Shown here in pieces: positions 1-12,956 of a DNA stretch of 64,000 nt. The notes beneath the pieces are model-generated. The model ran no database searches. It worked only from the letters and a program-made list of their open reading frames with translations, and was not told the DNA's origin. Source of the DNA: Parasitella parasitica NRRL 2501 (taxonomy: Eukaryota > Fungi > Mucoromycota); the NCBI GenBank assembly GCA_025201805.1, contig MU619244.1:278373-342372 (forward strand), given 5' to 3'. A program made the position numbers and the translations under genes. Each line of letters opens with the position of its first letter. Within the stretch, counting starts at the first letter, position 1.

Positions 1-66
1 AATATATGTTACATTAATTCCCAACAAGACGCTTCATATTCAAGCTGCCCAAACACCAATGTTGTC

Positions 67-75
67 CCCACGTGC
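67..75 (-). promoter_or_regulatory. Candidate Pho4-type bHLH site (GCACGTGGG)
   Basis: cccacgtgc on + reads GCACGTGGG on -, matching the yeast Pho4 consensus. It lies ~560 bp upstream of a phosphate transporter, but is a single site separated from the gene by an N-gap. Confidence 0.3.
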
Positions 76-128
76 GGATCATGATTGGCTGTTCACAAGC
101 GGGTAGGCAATTGAAATGAACAGCTTAA

Positions 129-162
129 NNNNNNNNNNAAAAAAAAAAAAAAAAAAAAAAAG
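129..162. other. Assembly gap (10 N) abutting poly-A run
   Basis: N run followed by an A homopolymer; same pattern at 23338 and 27415. Confidence 0.9.
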
Positions 163-629
163 TTGAAACCAAAAGATTAAATGGAAAAATCGAGGCGGCA
201 AAATAGCTGATTACTCATGCTATATACGATAGGTGGCATGCAGGAGAATTAGGGAGCCGTGGCTAAACATGATTGTGAGCAAAGCGAAAAGAGATGGATA
301 TATTCAATGTAACGTCAGATTGCTGTCCTTATTCCTTGACTTCCATTTTGACATTTACTGGAGATGCTACAGCTGTTTTGTTACCATGGATTTGCAGTCA
401 GAGGCCAGTTATATCGTGTTATTTGCAGCATGTGAGATCGTGTGGGCAGACTTCAGGCCAATCAGGGTAATTCCCAAGTTGCCTAATACGGCTAATTGCG
501 GACGGATGGCTCCTGTAGAACCAACGTTTCAAAAATAAATAAGAAACCCTTTTTGCTTTTTGTTTTCATTTTTGCTTCTCTTTCTCCCTTTCTCTTTTCT
601 TGGGAAACCACATCGATCATCTATTTATA

Positions 630-3075
630 ATGAGATTCTCACATACATTGCAGTTGAATGCAGTGCCCGAGTGGATTGATAGCTACGTCAAGTATGTATC
701 ATTACTGCATACTGCATACGAAACATAGACTAAAATAACATTGTTTTACCACTAGCTACGACACTTTGAAAAAGCTGATCTTTCAGCTGGAAAAGGAGAA
801 TGTTGAAGAGATCAATACGAATCAGGACCCCGAAAAGATGTTTGAGTTCAAGCAAGACGGCGAGGCTAGATTTTTGACAGCTCTCGACAGCCAGCTCGAA
901 AAGGTGTTTGATTTCTACACTCAAAAAGAGTCTGAGCTGTATGGGATGCTTGATGAAATCGACAGCGAAATCGACAGCAACCGCCATCTCAGCAACGACG
1001 GTGATGGCGAGTATCCCGACAAGACTCATTTATCTCCTCTCGAGAATCTCGATTCTACCTACCGCTTCCCCAATGCCATGGACGAAAAGGATGCCACTGG
1101 ATACCCCGTTGAAAGAGTCGAACAAATCGCTCCTCAGCGCCGTGGCTCACGAGCCTCAAACATATCCCGCCGTCTCTCTCGTCAATCGTTTGAGTCTCGC
1201 ATGTCTGTGGATCGTGATGATTTCGTGATGGAGCAATTGGCTGATTTGCGTTCTCAATTGATCTTGCTCTACATATCCCTTTCCGAACTTGAGTCTTACG
1301 TCGAACTGAATCGCACTGCATTCGAGAAAATCCTCAAGAAATACGACAAAGTGCTTGAGGGCAATCTAAAGGAGCAGTATCTCAACAAAATGGTCATGGA
1401 CAGTAGACCCTTCATGCCAGAGACGATGGCTGTGCTCAAAGAACAGCTTGCCCGCGTCGAGACTATCTTTGCCAACGCCTTTTGTGGCGGCAATCGCACC
1501 GTCGCCCTCCGCCAGATGAAGAGCCATTTGCGTGATCAAGTTACCTTTGAACGCAACACTATCTGGAAGGACATGGTTCGCCAAGAACGCAGGGTCAACG
1601 ACACAAAAATAGTCGAGCCCAAGGTCGTCAAGTCATACAAGATCCCCTTTACAAAGCTGACTATCGAGGCAGGGCTTCTGCGTCAGATCATTTGCTTTGC
1701 CATCTCTATGGCTGCTTTTATCATCCTTCTCTGCGTTGATTGTTTCGGTGACCGCCAAGAAAACTATTGTTTTGCTTTGTTGATTTTTTCTGCCATCATG
1801 TGGGCCACTGAAGCTATCCCCCTCTATGCTACGTCATGTTTGATCCCTTTCCTGATTGTGCCATTAGGCATTCTCAATGATGCGAATGGTAATCAGCTGC
1901 CCGCAAAGGCTGCTTCCAAGGCTGTTTTCCAATCCATGTACAGTGGCACTATTATGATGCTCCTCGGTGGTTTCGCTCTCGCTGCTGCTCTCTCCAAATA
2001 CGGCATTGCCAAAGCATTCGCCTCTCATGTTCTGAGTCGCGCTGGCACTCGTCCCATGTGGGTGTTGTTGGCAATCATGTTTGTGTCTGGTTTCCTCAGC
2101 ATGTTCATCTCTAATGTTGCGACTCCTGTGCTCTGTTTCTCCTTGATTGATCCTATTCTGCGCACTTTACCCGACAGATCTCGTGTTGCGCCTTGTCTGA
2201 TTCTCGGCATCGCCCTCTCCAGCTGCATCGGTGGTATGACATCGCCCATCTCCTCTCCTCAGAATATTGTCACGATTCAGTACATCAACCCCAACCCTGG
2301 CTGGGGCCTTTGGTTTGCTGCTGCTTTGCCCATCTCCGTCTTATCCTTGTTTGTCTGCTGGGGTCTCTTGCTGCTCGTCTACAAGCCCGCAAGTGATACC
2401 CCTCATTTGAACACCATCAAGCCCACCAGAGAAAAAATCACAAAGAGCCAAGTTTTTGTTTGTCTTATTGCTCTTGCTACTATTGCACTTTGGTGTGCTG
2501 AATCGTCCATTGAATACGCTATTGGTGACACTGGAATCATTGCTGCGATCCCCTTGTTTGTCTTCTTTGGCACCGGCATCTTGAATAAGGACGACCTCAA
2601 CAACTTTTTATGGTCTGTGGTCGTGCTGGCTCAGGGTGGCATGGCGCTCGGTAACGCAGTTACCTCCTCTGGGTTGTTGCAAGACATTGCTATGCGTCTC
2701 AAAGATGGCATTGCTGATTTACCGGTAATCGCCATTCTGGCTATCTTCTGCTTCCTCATCTTGGTTTTTGCCACATTTGTCTCGCATACAGTTGCCGCCC
2801 TTATCATTGTACCCATCGTTCAAGAAGTCGGCCAGCACTTGCCTGTTCCCCACCCCAATTTGCTGGTGATGGGCGCTGGCTTAGCCTGCTCTGCTGGTAT
2901 GGGTTTACCTGTCTCTGGTTACCCCAACATGTCGGCAATCATGCTTGAGGATCCCTCTGGAAAGCCATACTTGACCACAAAGGATTTTATCATTACTGGC
3001 ATTCCTACTAGTATTATCTGCACTGTTTTGATCTTTACTCTCGGTTACGGCATCATGACTGGCATTGGCTACTAA
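630..3075 (+). CDS. PHO91: SPX-domain low-affinity phosphate transporter (Pho87/Pho90/Pho91 family, SLC13-type permease)
   Basis: Exon 1 630-691 (MRFSHTLQLNAVPEWIDSYV, typical SPX start), intron 692-755 GT..AG, exon 2 756-3075. SPX motif ELNRTAFEKILKKYDK; multi-TM C-terminal region with MWATEAIP, SNVATPVL, PISSPQN, LPVSGYPN. Exact paralog uncertain. Confidence 0.9.
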
Positions 3076-3743
3076 TCTGCTTACTTTTTTTTTTATCCTA
3101 TCCTTAATCCAATCCTCGTCAACTTTTAATCCATCTGTTACATATACACATTTCTCTCAAAACTACAATTTATTGTTTCTAAAAGGCTCGTCTTTTTAGG
3201 TTGTTTTATACCGTTCAAACTCTCATTTATTCTTATACTATATACATATATGTAAATGCAATTGATTACAAACAAAAAAAAAGAAAAAAAGAAAATAAAC
3301 TACATTCTACTGTACATATTTTTTCATGGCTTTCATGTCAACTGGATCAAGGAATAAGCACGGATTCCCCAAGTGTTCGAAACCGAGTGCTTTGGAATGG
3401 TACTTTGAATCAAATCGCATTAAACAATTATTATGCGTTACCCATTACTAATCTTATTGTGCACTCTTCAAGTTCTCAATTGGCGCTTTTTGATAGAACA
3501 TTCAATAGTCTGCCCCCCCCCCCACTCGTCTAGTCTAGAGTTGGTTCTCGACTCTGTGTGATTTTACAGCATCTTTGCTTTTCCAGGTTTTGTTTGAGCC
3601 ATTGTATCGTCAAACTATGGCGGATGAATCTTGGATTAGACTTTTGGGCCAAGCAAGCCAATGTAAATCTCATCTGTGAAATATCGCCATGAATAAACAT
3701 ATGGGTAGGGAACGCCACAGCTATATAAACGCCACTCTTTTAT

Positions 3744-5486
3744 TCAAAGGGCTATTTGACAAGTGTTCAGGCATAACTGAGCCAAAGAAAAGCAAGTGAT
3801 GCTCAAAGAGACAGACGAGTTTTCCTTCAATAATGCAGTGGGTGTTTCTGGAACCAAGTTTTCTGTTCGAGTCATGTAGTGATACAGTGTTGTGCGTTCT
3901 GTTTCCTTCTCGGTAATAGAAACCATCACAATATCTTGGTTCTTGTAACTTTGCAAAATAGCCAGCCTTTTGAATCGTGTGAATGGCATGTTGATGCTGA
4001 CTATATTTCCCATAGAGTTCGGCAGGATGCAGTTCTCCAGTTTCAGGTACTCTAAGCTTGAGGCGTACAGTTTCGACAAGTGATACAGAGATTCTAGGGT
4101 GATCAGCGATCGTTCCATGGAGACGCAAATCAAGTGAGTTGATGACAACTCCAAGTTAGACGCGACCATATCAAACGAGCCTTGCACTAGGTTGAACGTT
4201 TTCAGGTTGGGGCAGTATGTTGTCAAAGTAGTTTGGACAAACTGCGGACATCCCAGAAGAGAAGATGGAAATTGGATACTCAGTTGGTCTATCAAGTAGC
4301 CGACTTCTTGCAAAAAGGAGATGTGTGGCAGGTTGGTTACTAGTAAGTCTGTTGGTAAATATCCTTGATATCCAAGATGCAGCCTAGCAGCTGAATCTTG
4401 CTTGCGAAAGCTGAAGTCTGGCTGGCCTGTAGTGAATGATGAACAACTGCCGTAGGTGATGCATAGTTTGGGTTTAGCAGGAACCGTACAAGCAGGAGAA
4501 GCTGCATAAAATTGTTTGGCTAAATGATGCATGATCAAGTAGCTGGGCACAAACAGATCAATGTGGGCTTGATACAGTCCAGCCAGAAAACGTATCATAT
4601 GAGACATTGCTGCTTGCAAATCATCTGACCAAATGAACGGATCGTTTGTTGACTGAGAAAAGCGTAACACGAGCTTGTTGAGGTCAGGGAAGCGATTTGC
4701 GATAGTGTAAACCAGACGAGGATCCAGCGTGTTTGACATCAACTTGAGCCGTCGAAGTCTTGGTGCAATTAAATTGCTGGCCGCTGCTATGGTTACGGTG
4801 GTTGGAACTGTCGAATTGGATGTCATGATCAACTGAGCGATGTTTGGACAATCCACCAGGGTGGGTATTATATCGTGTAGGTTTGTGAAACCTTGCCGAG
4901 TTGTTATCTTTAACGTTTCCAAATGCGTGAATGATTTGATCATTTCGGCAAAATCCTGCTTACTCGACTGCCATTCCGCAATGTGCAAATAGGACAGGGA
5001 AGATTTAAAGTGTAGAAACTTGTCGATGCTCTGCTTTTCAGCCGTTACTTTGAATTGCGGCACTTTTCTCAAGCGTTTCCAGTAGTTCCGGTTGTCGATG
5101 GACATGATATCATTCCAAAACATGTTGGATGGAAAGTGCAGCTCTTGGAGGTTTGGACAGGCAGCTGCCAAAAGTTGGAAATCCGCATTTGTTGGCATGA
5201 ATTTAGCTTCGAGTGCAATGTCGAAGCGGATAGCGAGAGATTGGATGAATTGGCCTGGGGTCGGCAGGTGGCCATCTGGCCGAGATATACACTCGATGAA
5301 TCTTTTGAATCTGAATAGGTTGTTATAGTTTAAATCGTCATGTTTCTCCTCGATAGTGACATTGCTATAAAAAGCGCGTTTAGCAGGTACATGCCATGCG
5401 TAACAAACAAACTGACTGACAAGCTGGTCTTGTTTGCTAGAGTGATCAAATATGCAAGATAGTAATTCAATAGGAAAGCAAATCAT
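3744..5486 (-). CDS. F-box / LRR(RNI-like) protein
   Basis: Intronless 580-aa ORF. N-terminal FPIELLSCIFDH...VCYAW F-box pattern and repeated CPNL/LxxL LRR-like segments. Confidence 0.75.
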   Translation of the reverse strand: MICFPIELLSCIFDHSSKQDQLVSQFVCYAWHVPAKRAFYSNVTIEEKHDDLNYNNLFRFKRFIECISRPDGHLPTPGQFIQSLAIRFDIALEAKFMPTNADFQLLAAACPNLQELHFPSNMFWNDIMSIDNRNYWKRLRKVPQFKVTAEKQSIDKFLHFKSSLSYLHIAEWQSSKQDFAEMIKSFTHLETLKITTRQGFTNLHDIIPTLVDCPNIAQLIMTSNSTVPTTVTIAAASNLIAPRLRRLKLMSNTLDPRLVYTIANRFPDLNKLVLRFSQSTNDPFIWSDDLQAAMSHMIRFLAGLYQAHIDLFVPSYLIMHHLAKQFYAASPACTVPAKPKLCITYGSCSSFTTGQPDFSFRKQDSAARLHLGYQGYLPTDLLVTNLPHISFLQEVGYLIDQLSIQFPSSLLGCPQFVQTTLTTYCPNLKTFNLVQGSFDMVASNLELSSTHLICVSMERSLITLESLYHLSKLYASSLEYLKLENCILPNSMGNIVSINMPFTRFKRLAILQSYKNQDIVMVSITEKETERTTLYHYMTRTENLVPETPTALLKENSSVSLSITCFSLAQLCLNTCQIAL

Positions 5487-5993
5487 GGCAACAAATATGA
5501 TAAAGAGATAAAAGATAGAGAGCGAGAGAGAGGTAAAAAAAAAAGAAGTAACCTAGGATTTCACATTCTGATTCATGTGGGAATTAACACAGAGGGATGC
5601 TAATTGCACGATCGTTTGTTTGTTTGCATGAAATGGCATACATGATCTTTTACGTCTGGATGCGCTTTCTACCCTCAATCTTTCGACGAATGCACAGCAC
5701 ACGATCATATATAAGATCGATCAACCATCGCACAATTGGATGTTGTAGGTGTGGATTTGGTTCATGTGCCGTTCGCAATCGCATTCATGCATATAACATT
5801 TAAATTGTACTCGCTGCAATTATTTTGTTTTTTTTATTTATTAGTACGGGGAAACGACGACAAGTAGCTTGATTATTTCAATACAGACTTGGAGATTTTA
5901 TCGCATCCTCCATATAAAAAGACGTCGATAAGAAGCAGACGCAAAGTTTTTGTGGTGCTCACTATATAACATTTATTCAGCAACAACAAAACA

Positions 5994-7241
5994 ATGAAAA
6001 TTTTGGACTCTACAAGATTCGGATTTGTCTGTGCTGCAATCTTGCTTGTCAGCAATGTGCAAGCAGCCTGCCAAGGCGATATCGTCGTAATTACACAGCA
6101 AGACATGGATCAAGTACGCAACTGTAAGACGTACGGTGGCAGCATTTTGGTCGACAACTCGGGTGCGTCTGACCTCAAGCTGAATGGCGTTGAATTACTA
6201 GAGGGTGATTTGACCATCTCCAACAACAACGGTCTTCAGCGCCTGGCTTTCCCCAAGTTGCAAGGCATCAATGGCCAGCTAAAGCTTGCCAACAACAAGC
6301 TATTGAGCTCGGTCGAGATGAAGCAGCTTTATGCTATCCGTGGTTTGGAAGTATCTGTACACCCTGCCTTGAACGACCTCAAGTTCCCTGCTGGCTTATC
6401 TCAGGCCGAGAAGATTATCATCACCGATACAACTATCACCAAGATTGACGGCCTCAAAATGACCTCTGTCAAGGATGTCGAAATCTCCAACAACATATAT
6501 CTAAAGAGTCTATCATTTGGCAACATGACTACGCTCGGAAGCATCCTTGTTTCTGCTAATTCGCCCTCCTTGCACTTGGATGTAAGTTGGCTTGTATACT
6601 TGCCTTTTGGCTTACTAACGCATCTCTATTCATCTAAAAACTAGTTGAGTCAAATAGATGGAGTTCGCGAAGCTACCTTCCGTAACGTGGCGCAAATCTC
6701 TTTGGATAAGCTCAAGAGAGTCTCTGGCGACATTTCGTTCATTTCAAACTCTTTCGAAAGCTTGGACATGCCGTCTACGTCTGATGTCTCTGGCACATTG
6801 ACATTAACCGACAACATCAACCTGAGCAACCTGTCAATGCCCCAGCTTAGTCATTTAGGTGGCGCTCTTTCCGTCGGAGGTAACAGCAAGCTGACCAACG
6901 TCAATGCATTCCCTAATCTCCAACAAGTGGACGGTACCCTTGATATCACTGGTGGTTTCGACGAAGTGCAATTTCCTGCTTTGAACGATGTCCGTGGCGG
7001 TCTTAACGTGCAAACATCCAGCAACTTTTTCTCCTGCGATGGTATGAACAAGCTCAAGAATGGTGTCATCAAGGGCAATTCTTTTGTCTGCAAGGCTGCC
7101 GTTGCCAAGCCAAAGTCAAACATCAGAGGAAAGGGAGGGGCTGGAGGCTCTGACTTTGTGGAGAATGCCGGTAATACTCTGTCTTTTGGCTACTTGACAA
7201 TTGCTAGCGCCACTATAGCCTATATATTCAATGCTCTTTAA
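5994..7241 (+). CDS. ECM33/SPS2-like GPI-anchored cell-wall protein (receptor L-domain repeats)
   Basis: Signal peptide, C-x-G...C N-terminus, LxxVxGxL repeats, late CDGM...FVC cysteine pair, hydrophobic C-terminal GPI-like tail. Intron 6582-6644 (gtaagt..tactaac..ctag) joins two ORFs in frame. Confidence 0.85.
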
Positions 7242-7545
7242 AGTAGCATGATACTATATAACACATAATATTTCAGTGCAATAAATACATTTTTAAACCC
7301 CCCCCCATAAAAATCTTGACAACTACCCTGTTTTAGCGTAGCTTAAGGTTCAGCTGTTACATTATATTACGAGTTCATGTCAAGCAGACCCGCCTGGAGG
7401 AAAGTCCCGTGTGGTGTTGATTCTTGGGGGGGGGGAGGAAGCAGAGAGAGCGAGAGAGTTTCAGATAGCGAAATGGGCATAATTTCGATTTTTTTTTTCA
7501 GCTGCTTGTTTGAAATGAACGACCTTTCTTTCTCCAACAAAATCT

Positions 7546-10468
7546 ATGTCCACAACCAATGATCCAGACGAATTGCCTTCTATTTCTTGCTTATCAGGCA
7601 TTAGAACAGAAACAACTTTAACAACGGGGAAATTAAGAGTAACGTTTTTGTGCTGCGAGTGTCTAACTGATCCTTGTTTCTCAACGCAGTGTTCGATAGA
7701 TTCACATCCTCAATTGCTTCCTCAACGTCAAGGTGAAAAGGCCGTATGTCATCATCACATTAGGAGGTAGCCGTGTACGTAATCCTTTCGCTTGTTCATA
7801 TGACTCATATTGCCAGTAGACCAGGTGTATCAAACTTCAGTGTCTGAATTCCGAGAAGGTCGTTGGAACGAGCGCTTTGAATTTACAGTGACATTTCATG
7901 CACAACTTTTTGGCACAATTCAATTGGATCTATACGACAATTACACCATCTATCCAGACAAGCATATTGGCCGTGCAGAGATTCGCCTCAGTACTCTGGA
8001 AAGTATGCCGGAAACGTTTACGAGCTACTACGAAATTTGGGACAAAAAGCTATCTACCGGCGCAAGCTCTAGCATAGGTAGAGAACGAGCTGCTGTCAAT
8101 AACGTCGGGGCGCTGCAGGCTACCATCTCGTATCGCTATTTACGCTCATCCAACGTCATTGATCAGGGCCGTGATCTGGGAGAGTTGAAAGAAATTCGTG
8201 AGCCCCCTCCTGGGTCCACAGACTTGCTAACAGAAGAACAGCTGGCGGCGGAATTCAAGCGACATTTGCAGTTTCAACGTGAAAGGAAAAAGACAAACAA
8301 TGGCGGCATTGATTTCAAAAAGTTTGAAGAATCCAAAGGCAGCAACTTTGCAGATCAGGAGGGCCTGGACTATCCGGATGAAAGTGATTATAGCGACTAC
8401 GCGAACGAACTGCACAGCTCGGATGGCTCATACAATGAAGAAGTCGGCTCTTTAATACAGCCATTGAAAATGAGTAGAAAGCGCGCCGACACTGCATCGT
8501 ATCAAAGTGCTTCATCTGGCGGTGGTGGTGGTGGTAATGAGGATGATGAATTTGGTGAAATGGTAGCTGCCCCAGAGCCCAATACTGTGCACCAATCTAC
8601 CTCGTGGTTTGATTTCTCCCGCGCAGATACCGTCAATGCACATCCAACAAAGAGACAGCCGGTGCATAAGCCTAGCACGCCAGTCAAGACGATACCAAGC
8701 TCTGGCGGCAACAAAAAAACGAGTGGGTCGTGGACGGGGGCAACAGACACCAGTCAGGTCATCCGCACTATTGGAAAACTACTTGCTACGTTTGGACAAG
8801 GATTCGAATTGACTAATATGCAGGTTTTGACCGGGTTCACAGTGCTGGAAAAGTTTTATTCAGACCTCCCTCGTAACAGGTCGTGGGATTTGGTCCAGAA
8901 TCTGTCAGATATCGATATGGGCGCTAGATTTTGGAAGTTTTCAATCGCATCCTATGGCTGGAAGGGACTGAATTTTATTGGAAAAGGGAACGGCATATTC
9001 TCTGATGCAATGCGCGAACATTCGGATGCCAAATCAATCATCGAATACCTGACTATTCCCAAGGAAGATCTTTTGGCGTACGAGTTCAGATCGGCAGAGG
9101 CGTTTAGACCCAGCTATTTCATCGCAAGGGATCGATTCACAAACTCTATAGTGTTGTCAATTCGAGGAACAATGGTATGGGGTTGACTGTTTGCACAACA
9201 TGTTTTTCAAATTCTCTAAAAAAAAAAGAAAAAAAAAATTAGAGCGTGATGGACACACTTACGGATTTAGTATGCGAGTACGAACCTTGGAAAGGCGGAT
9301 TTATCCATAGCGGCATGAAAGTAAAGTTGCAAAAGCATATCTGTGTACACTACAAAAAAAGAAAAGGAGCACTGACCATTACACGAATACAGAACTCAGC
9401 CATGTGGTTTTTCCGTCATGTCGTGCCCCAGTTGATTGCCTACAGTAACGAGCATTCAACAACATCATTGATTATAGTAGGCCACAGCTTGGGCGCATCC
9501 ACAGCCGCCATCTTGACCATTATTCTAACCGACTACATTGACGAATTTCGCCGAGGCAAAAAGGAATTCACTTTGCAATGCTACGGTTATGCCCCGGCTT
9601 GTGGTCTTAGCTTGGATATAGCGGAAAAGTACAAGGATATCATCCAGTCGTTTGTATTTGCAGATGACATGGTCAGTAAGCTGAGCTATGGGTCCATGAT
9701 GGACGTGAAAGAGCTCATTATTGCGAGCTCTGAGGCTGTGCGAAGCATGGGAGTAGGCGAGATACTGTGGTCAGGAGGCACAGAGGATGACAAGTGGAAA
9801 GCTGCGTTCAAACGAATCGCAGATGTGCGCAAACGATGTTTAGACTCGTTAGAAAATCCTCGCGTAAGTGTTATTTTCCCTTTGTTGGCGACACCTGGGC
9901 TGGTTGTGTTAATACCGTTCATAGCTGTATGTAGCTGGACAAATCTATCAGTTTTGGCTGGTAAATATCAAAAAGCGCACATTGGTCGCGAAACAAACAG
10001 GACTTGAACAATATTTGCACGTAGGACCCAACGCCGAGTAATGATACCCGCATAGTAATAGAAAAGACAACCGCAACCAAGGTGTGCAATGAAGTGGTAG
10101 TGAAAAAGTCCATCATGTTGGATCATTTGCCTACCAATTTTGACGTGGCATTCAGAAGAGCTCGTGAGACGTTGATGATGGAAGGAACATCCGCTGTGCA
10201 GTCAGAAAAACGACCGTCTGTGGATGGTGTTCTGGATCCTGTACCTTCAGAAGGGAAAGAAAATGCAGAGTTGAATGAGGACGTGCAGCAAGTACACAAG
10301 GATGATGATGGGAAAACACTGCAACAAAACGACAGCACAGACCCAGCGACCGCAGTTGACAGTGATCATCCTATCTGGGGATCTATAGCAAAATTGGGCT
10401 TGAAAGGAACAACAGACAGAGCAGGTGGGAAAGGAACGGTGCTGGGCGATGATGACACTACACGATAA
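7546..10468 (+). CDS. C2-domain + class 3 lipase (DAG-lipase-like) protein, multi-exon
   Basis: Spliced N-terminus GKLR|IHILNCFLNVKVKRPYVIITLG|DQVYQTS...WNERFEF...LDLYD (C2). Lipase_3 motifs IVLSIRGT, GFIHSGM, IVGHSLG, YGYAP, DDMVSKLS and late MLDHLP. Confidence 0.8.
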
Positions 10469-11471
10469 GAATAAAAGTCTTTGATTTAATTAAACAATGG
10501 CACACTTGGAAGAGCAAATGAGTTGTATACTTGATATTGTGATTCATTGCTCGCATTGTTACAAAAGCCAAACAAGAAATGTTTAACGCTGCTTGTTGCA
10601 AAAGGCAGCCAGGAACTTTGTTCCTCAAGGCATTGAGTACGAAAAGCGAATAGAGCGCCTCATTAATAACAAGGTCCATGATATCAACACTATTTCTTAT
10701 CAACAACATAGCCTTGTCCATTTTCGTAAATAAATAGCATACAGTAAGCGCAACGCCAATGGGAGGATTTAGCTACAAGAATAGCCGAGGCGTGTAATGC
10801 TGTTCCTTCCGAGCATCTTTCGGTATTTGCTCAGCATTCAGTAAACCTATTCGAGAAATGTTTGAAGGGCAATCCAATTCAAAGCATCTATTATTGAGAT
10901 ATAAAATAACTGCTGAATTGTATGAAACTAAATTTGTGTCGATGTCAATAACCAAACCACCTGACAGTTAATTTTCTTTTCTCTTTTTTTTTTTTGGTCA
11001 CGGATCAGGACTATGAGATTTTTTAATTTATCGTTCGAGTGCTTTTAAGATACTGCAAAGCAGTTGAAAATCTACGTTCGTACGGCACAAAGATGGGTGA
11101 GACAGTACGAAAGAGATCCTAATAGCATCTTTGAGAAGCATAAAAAAATTCTACATTTCCTTTTGTCAGATGCCTTCTGATCACCACTACAATATTTCTT
11201 TGCGATTGGCACTCCAACATTTGGGATATTTACTTTATAATTAAAGAAAAAAAGTACCACTGTCATTTATTATTCAAATTGCAGGGCACAAAAGCAATGT
11301 CGATCCTTGGTGACATCAATCAAAGAATAGATGGTAGGGTTAGTCGGATGACGCTTCGTTTTCCACAATTTTTCATCATTTGCAGGTTGACACAAACGCA
11401 GTTACCATCAGTAAGGTACGAATGTTTTTCAAACTGACGAGGAGAGTATGTGGCATGAGCTATCTGAAAAG

Positions 11472-11707
11472 CTGTTTTCAAGATTTCCAACTGTTGAAAG
11501 TTGCCCATCATAGGGACAGTCTCAAGGGTGTTCAGCTATGGCTTTTAAATAAAAGACAAAACGTACTAATCCCAAGCATCCCAGAAACATGAGAGAACCT
11601 GTTTCCAAGATTTCCAACTGTTGAAAGTTTTCCATCATAGGGACAGTCTCAAGGGCGTTCAGCTACGGCTCTTAAATAAAAGACAAAACGTACTAATCCC
11701 AAGCATC
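11472..11707. repeat. Tandem direct duplication, 2 x ~109 bp (period 127 bp)
   Basis: 11472-11580 and 11599-11707 both read ctgtttYcaagatttccaactgttgaaagtt...gacaaaacgtactaatcccaagcatc with only about 6 substitutions. Confidence 0.95.
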
Positions 11708-11769
11708 TCTCATGCTGCCCAAACCATCTTGTAACAATTTTTTAAAAAGATAGCGCAAGAAGGAAAAAA

Positions 11770-12114
11770 ATATATACTAGACAAAGAACTTTTGTTCATT
11801 GGGAATAGCTTTTATATGACTTCATTTGCTGCTTTGTTTCAAGCGCAATTTCTTCCATTTCAACGTCTAAGCCTCCATCAGTTAACTTTTGCTCTGAACG
11901 TTGCTTTTCGCAGTAGAGCGTAAGACGGGCCAGCGTTACTAGGGGTCTACTTCTTCTTCCCAATCTATTGCATCGCCCCCCCCCCTTTCGTCGACAATTC
12001 TTCCCTGTCCAACCTCATAAAAAAAACGTGCGGTCAATTAAAGCTGCCCTTTGAGATAAAAAACCGCCCATTGGCGTACTCATAATCTTTATTTTTTGGG
12101 TCAATGGACATCAT
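11770..12114 (-). mobile_element. Decayed 5' fragment of a probable Tc1/mariner (IS630-like) transposase gene
   Basis: Frameshifted minus-strand reading FFYEVGQGRIVDERGGDAIDWEEEVDP / VTLARLTLY...MKSYKSYSQ* resembles the FFYEDGxGxxxDE...DP N-terminus I recall for Mucorales Tc1-like transposases. No DDE core or TIR seen. Confidence 0.45.
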
Positions 12115-12168
12115 TATTCAACACATATTTTTTTTTTTTTTTGCACAACACTAAATTATTTCACTGAT

Positions 12169-12956
12169 TTATAAGAGCTTTTCAATTTCGGCAGCAATAG
12201 CCTTGGGTTCTGTTGTGGATGCATAACGCTTAACGACCTTACCCTCCTTGTCAATCAAGAATTTCTACATTATAAAGGCTTCAGTCAACGACCTGCTACA
12301 AAACATAATGCAAATAGCTATGGTTACCTCAAAGTTCCACTTAACACGCTTCAAACTAGCATAAAGGAAAAAAGCACATGTCAATACAGTGCTTACAAAG
12401 CTTCTATCAATAAATATTTACCCAAGAAGGCCGGGCTGAGATTCCTTTAACCACTTATAGACAGGTGCCTCATTATCTCCGTTGACATCACTAAATGATC
12501 ATCATGAATAAATCATTTGATTTCGCTATGCATAACGCCATAATACTCACAGTTTTGCAGTTAAAGGGAAATTGACACTCCACGTTGTAGAGCAGAATTC
12601 CTGGATTTCGTTTTCAGTACCAGGCTCTGTAATAAATGTTTGTTTAATAAATAATAGGGAATGCTATATCGAACAATTACCTTGGTGGCCAAATTGGTTG
12701 CAAGGAGCACCAACAACGACAAAGCCCTTGTCTTGGTACTTTTGGTAGAGTTCTTCCAAGCCAGCATACTGTTTGGTAAAACCACACTTGGAAGCGACAT
12801 TCACAAAAAGAACGACCTTATCACACAACACATTGATATTAAAACCAAATCGTCACATTAATAAAAATAAGCTCAAGTTACCTTTCCTTTCAGTTTAGCA
12901 AGATCCCAATCCTCGCCCTTGATATTCTTGACGGTAAAATCGTATAAAGATGACAT
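12169..12956 (-). CDS. GPX: Glutathione/thioredoxin peroxidase (Cys-type GPx), 6 exons
   Basis: Spliced protein [25 protein letters not shown]|[14 protein letters not shown]...PCNQFGHQ|EPG...|DVNG...|LKRVKWNFE|[14 protein letters not shown]; all GPx signature motifs present. Confidence 0.95.

Noticed and set aside
11472-11707. CRISPR-like repeat-spacer
   Set aside because: Only two 109-bp units, eukaryotic context, no cas genes; a simple tandem duplication.
12780-12800. Possible selenocysteine GPx
   Set aside because: The active-site codon is TGT (Cys), not TGA.
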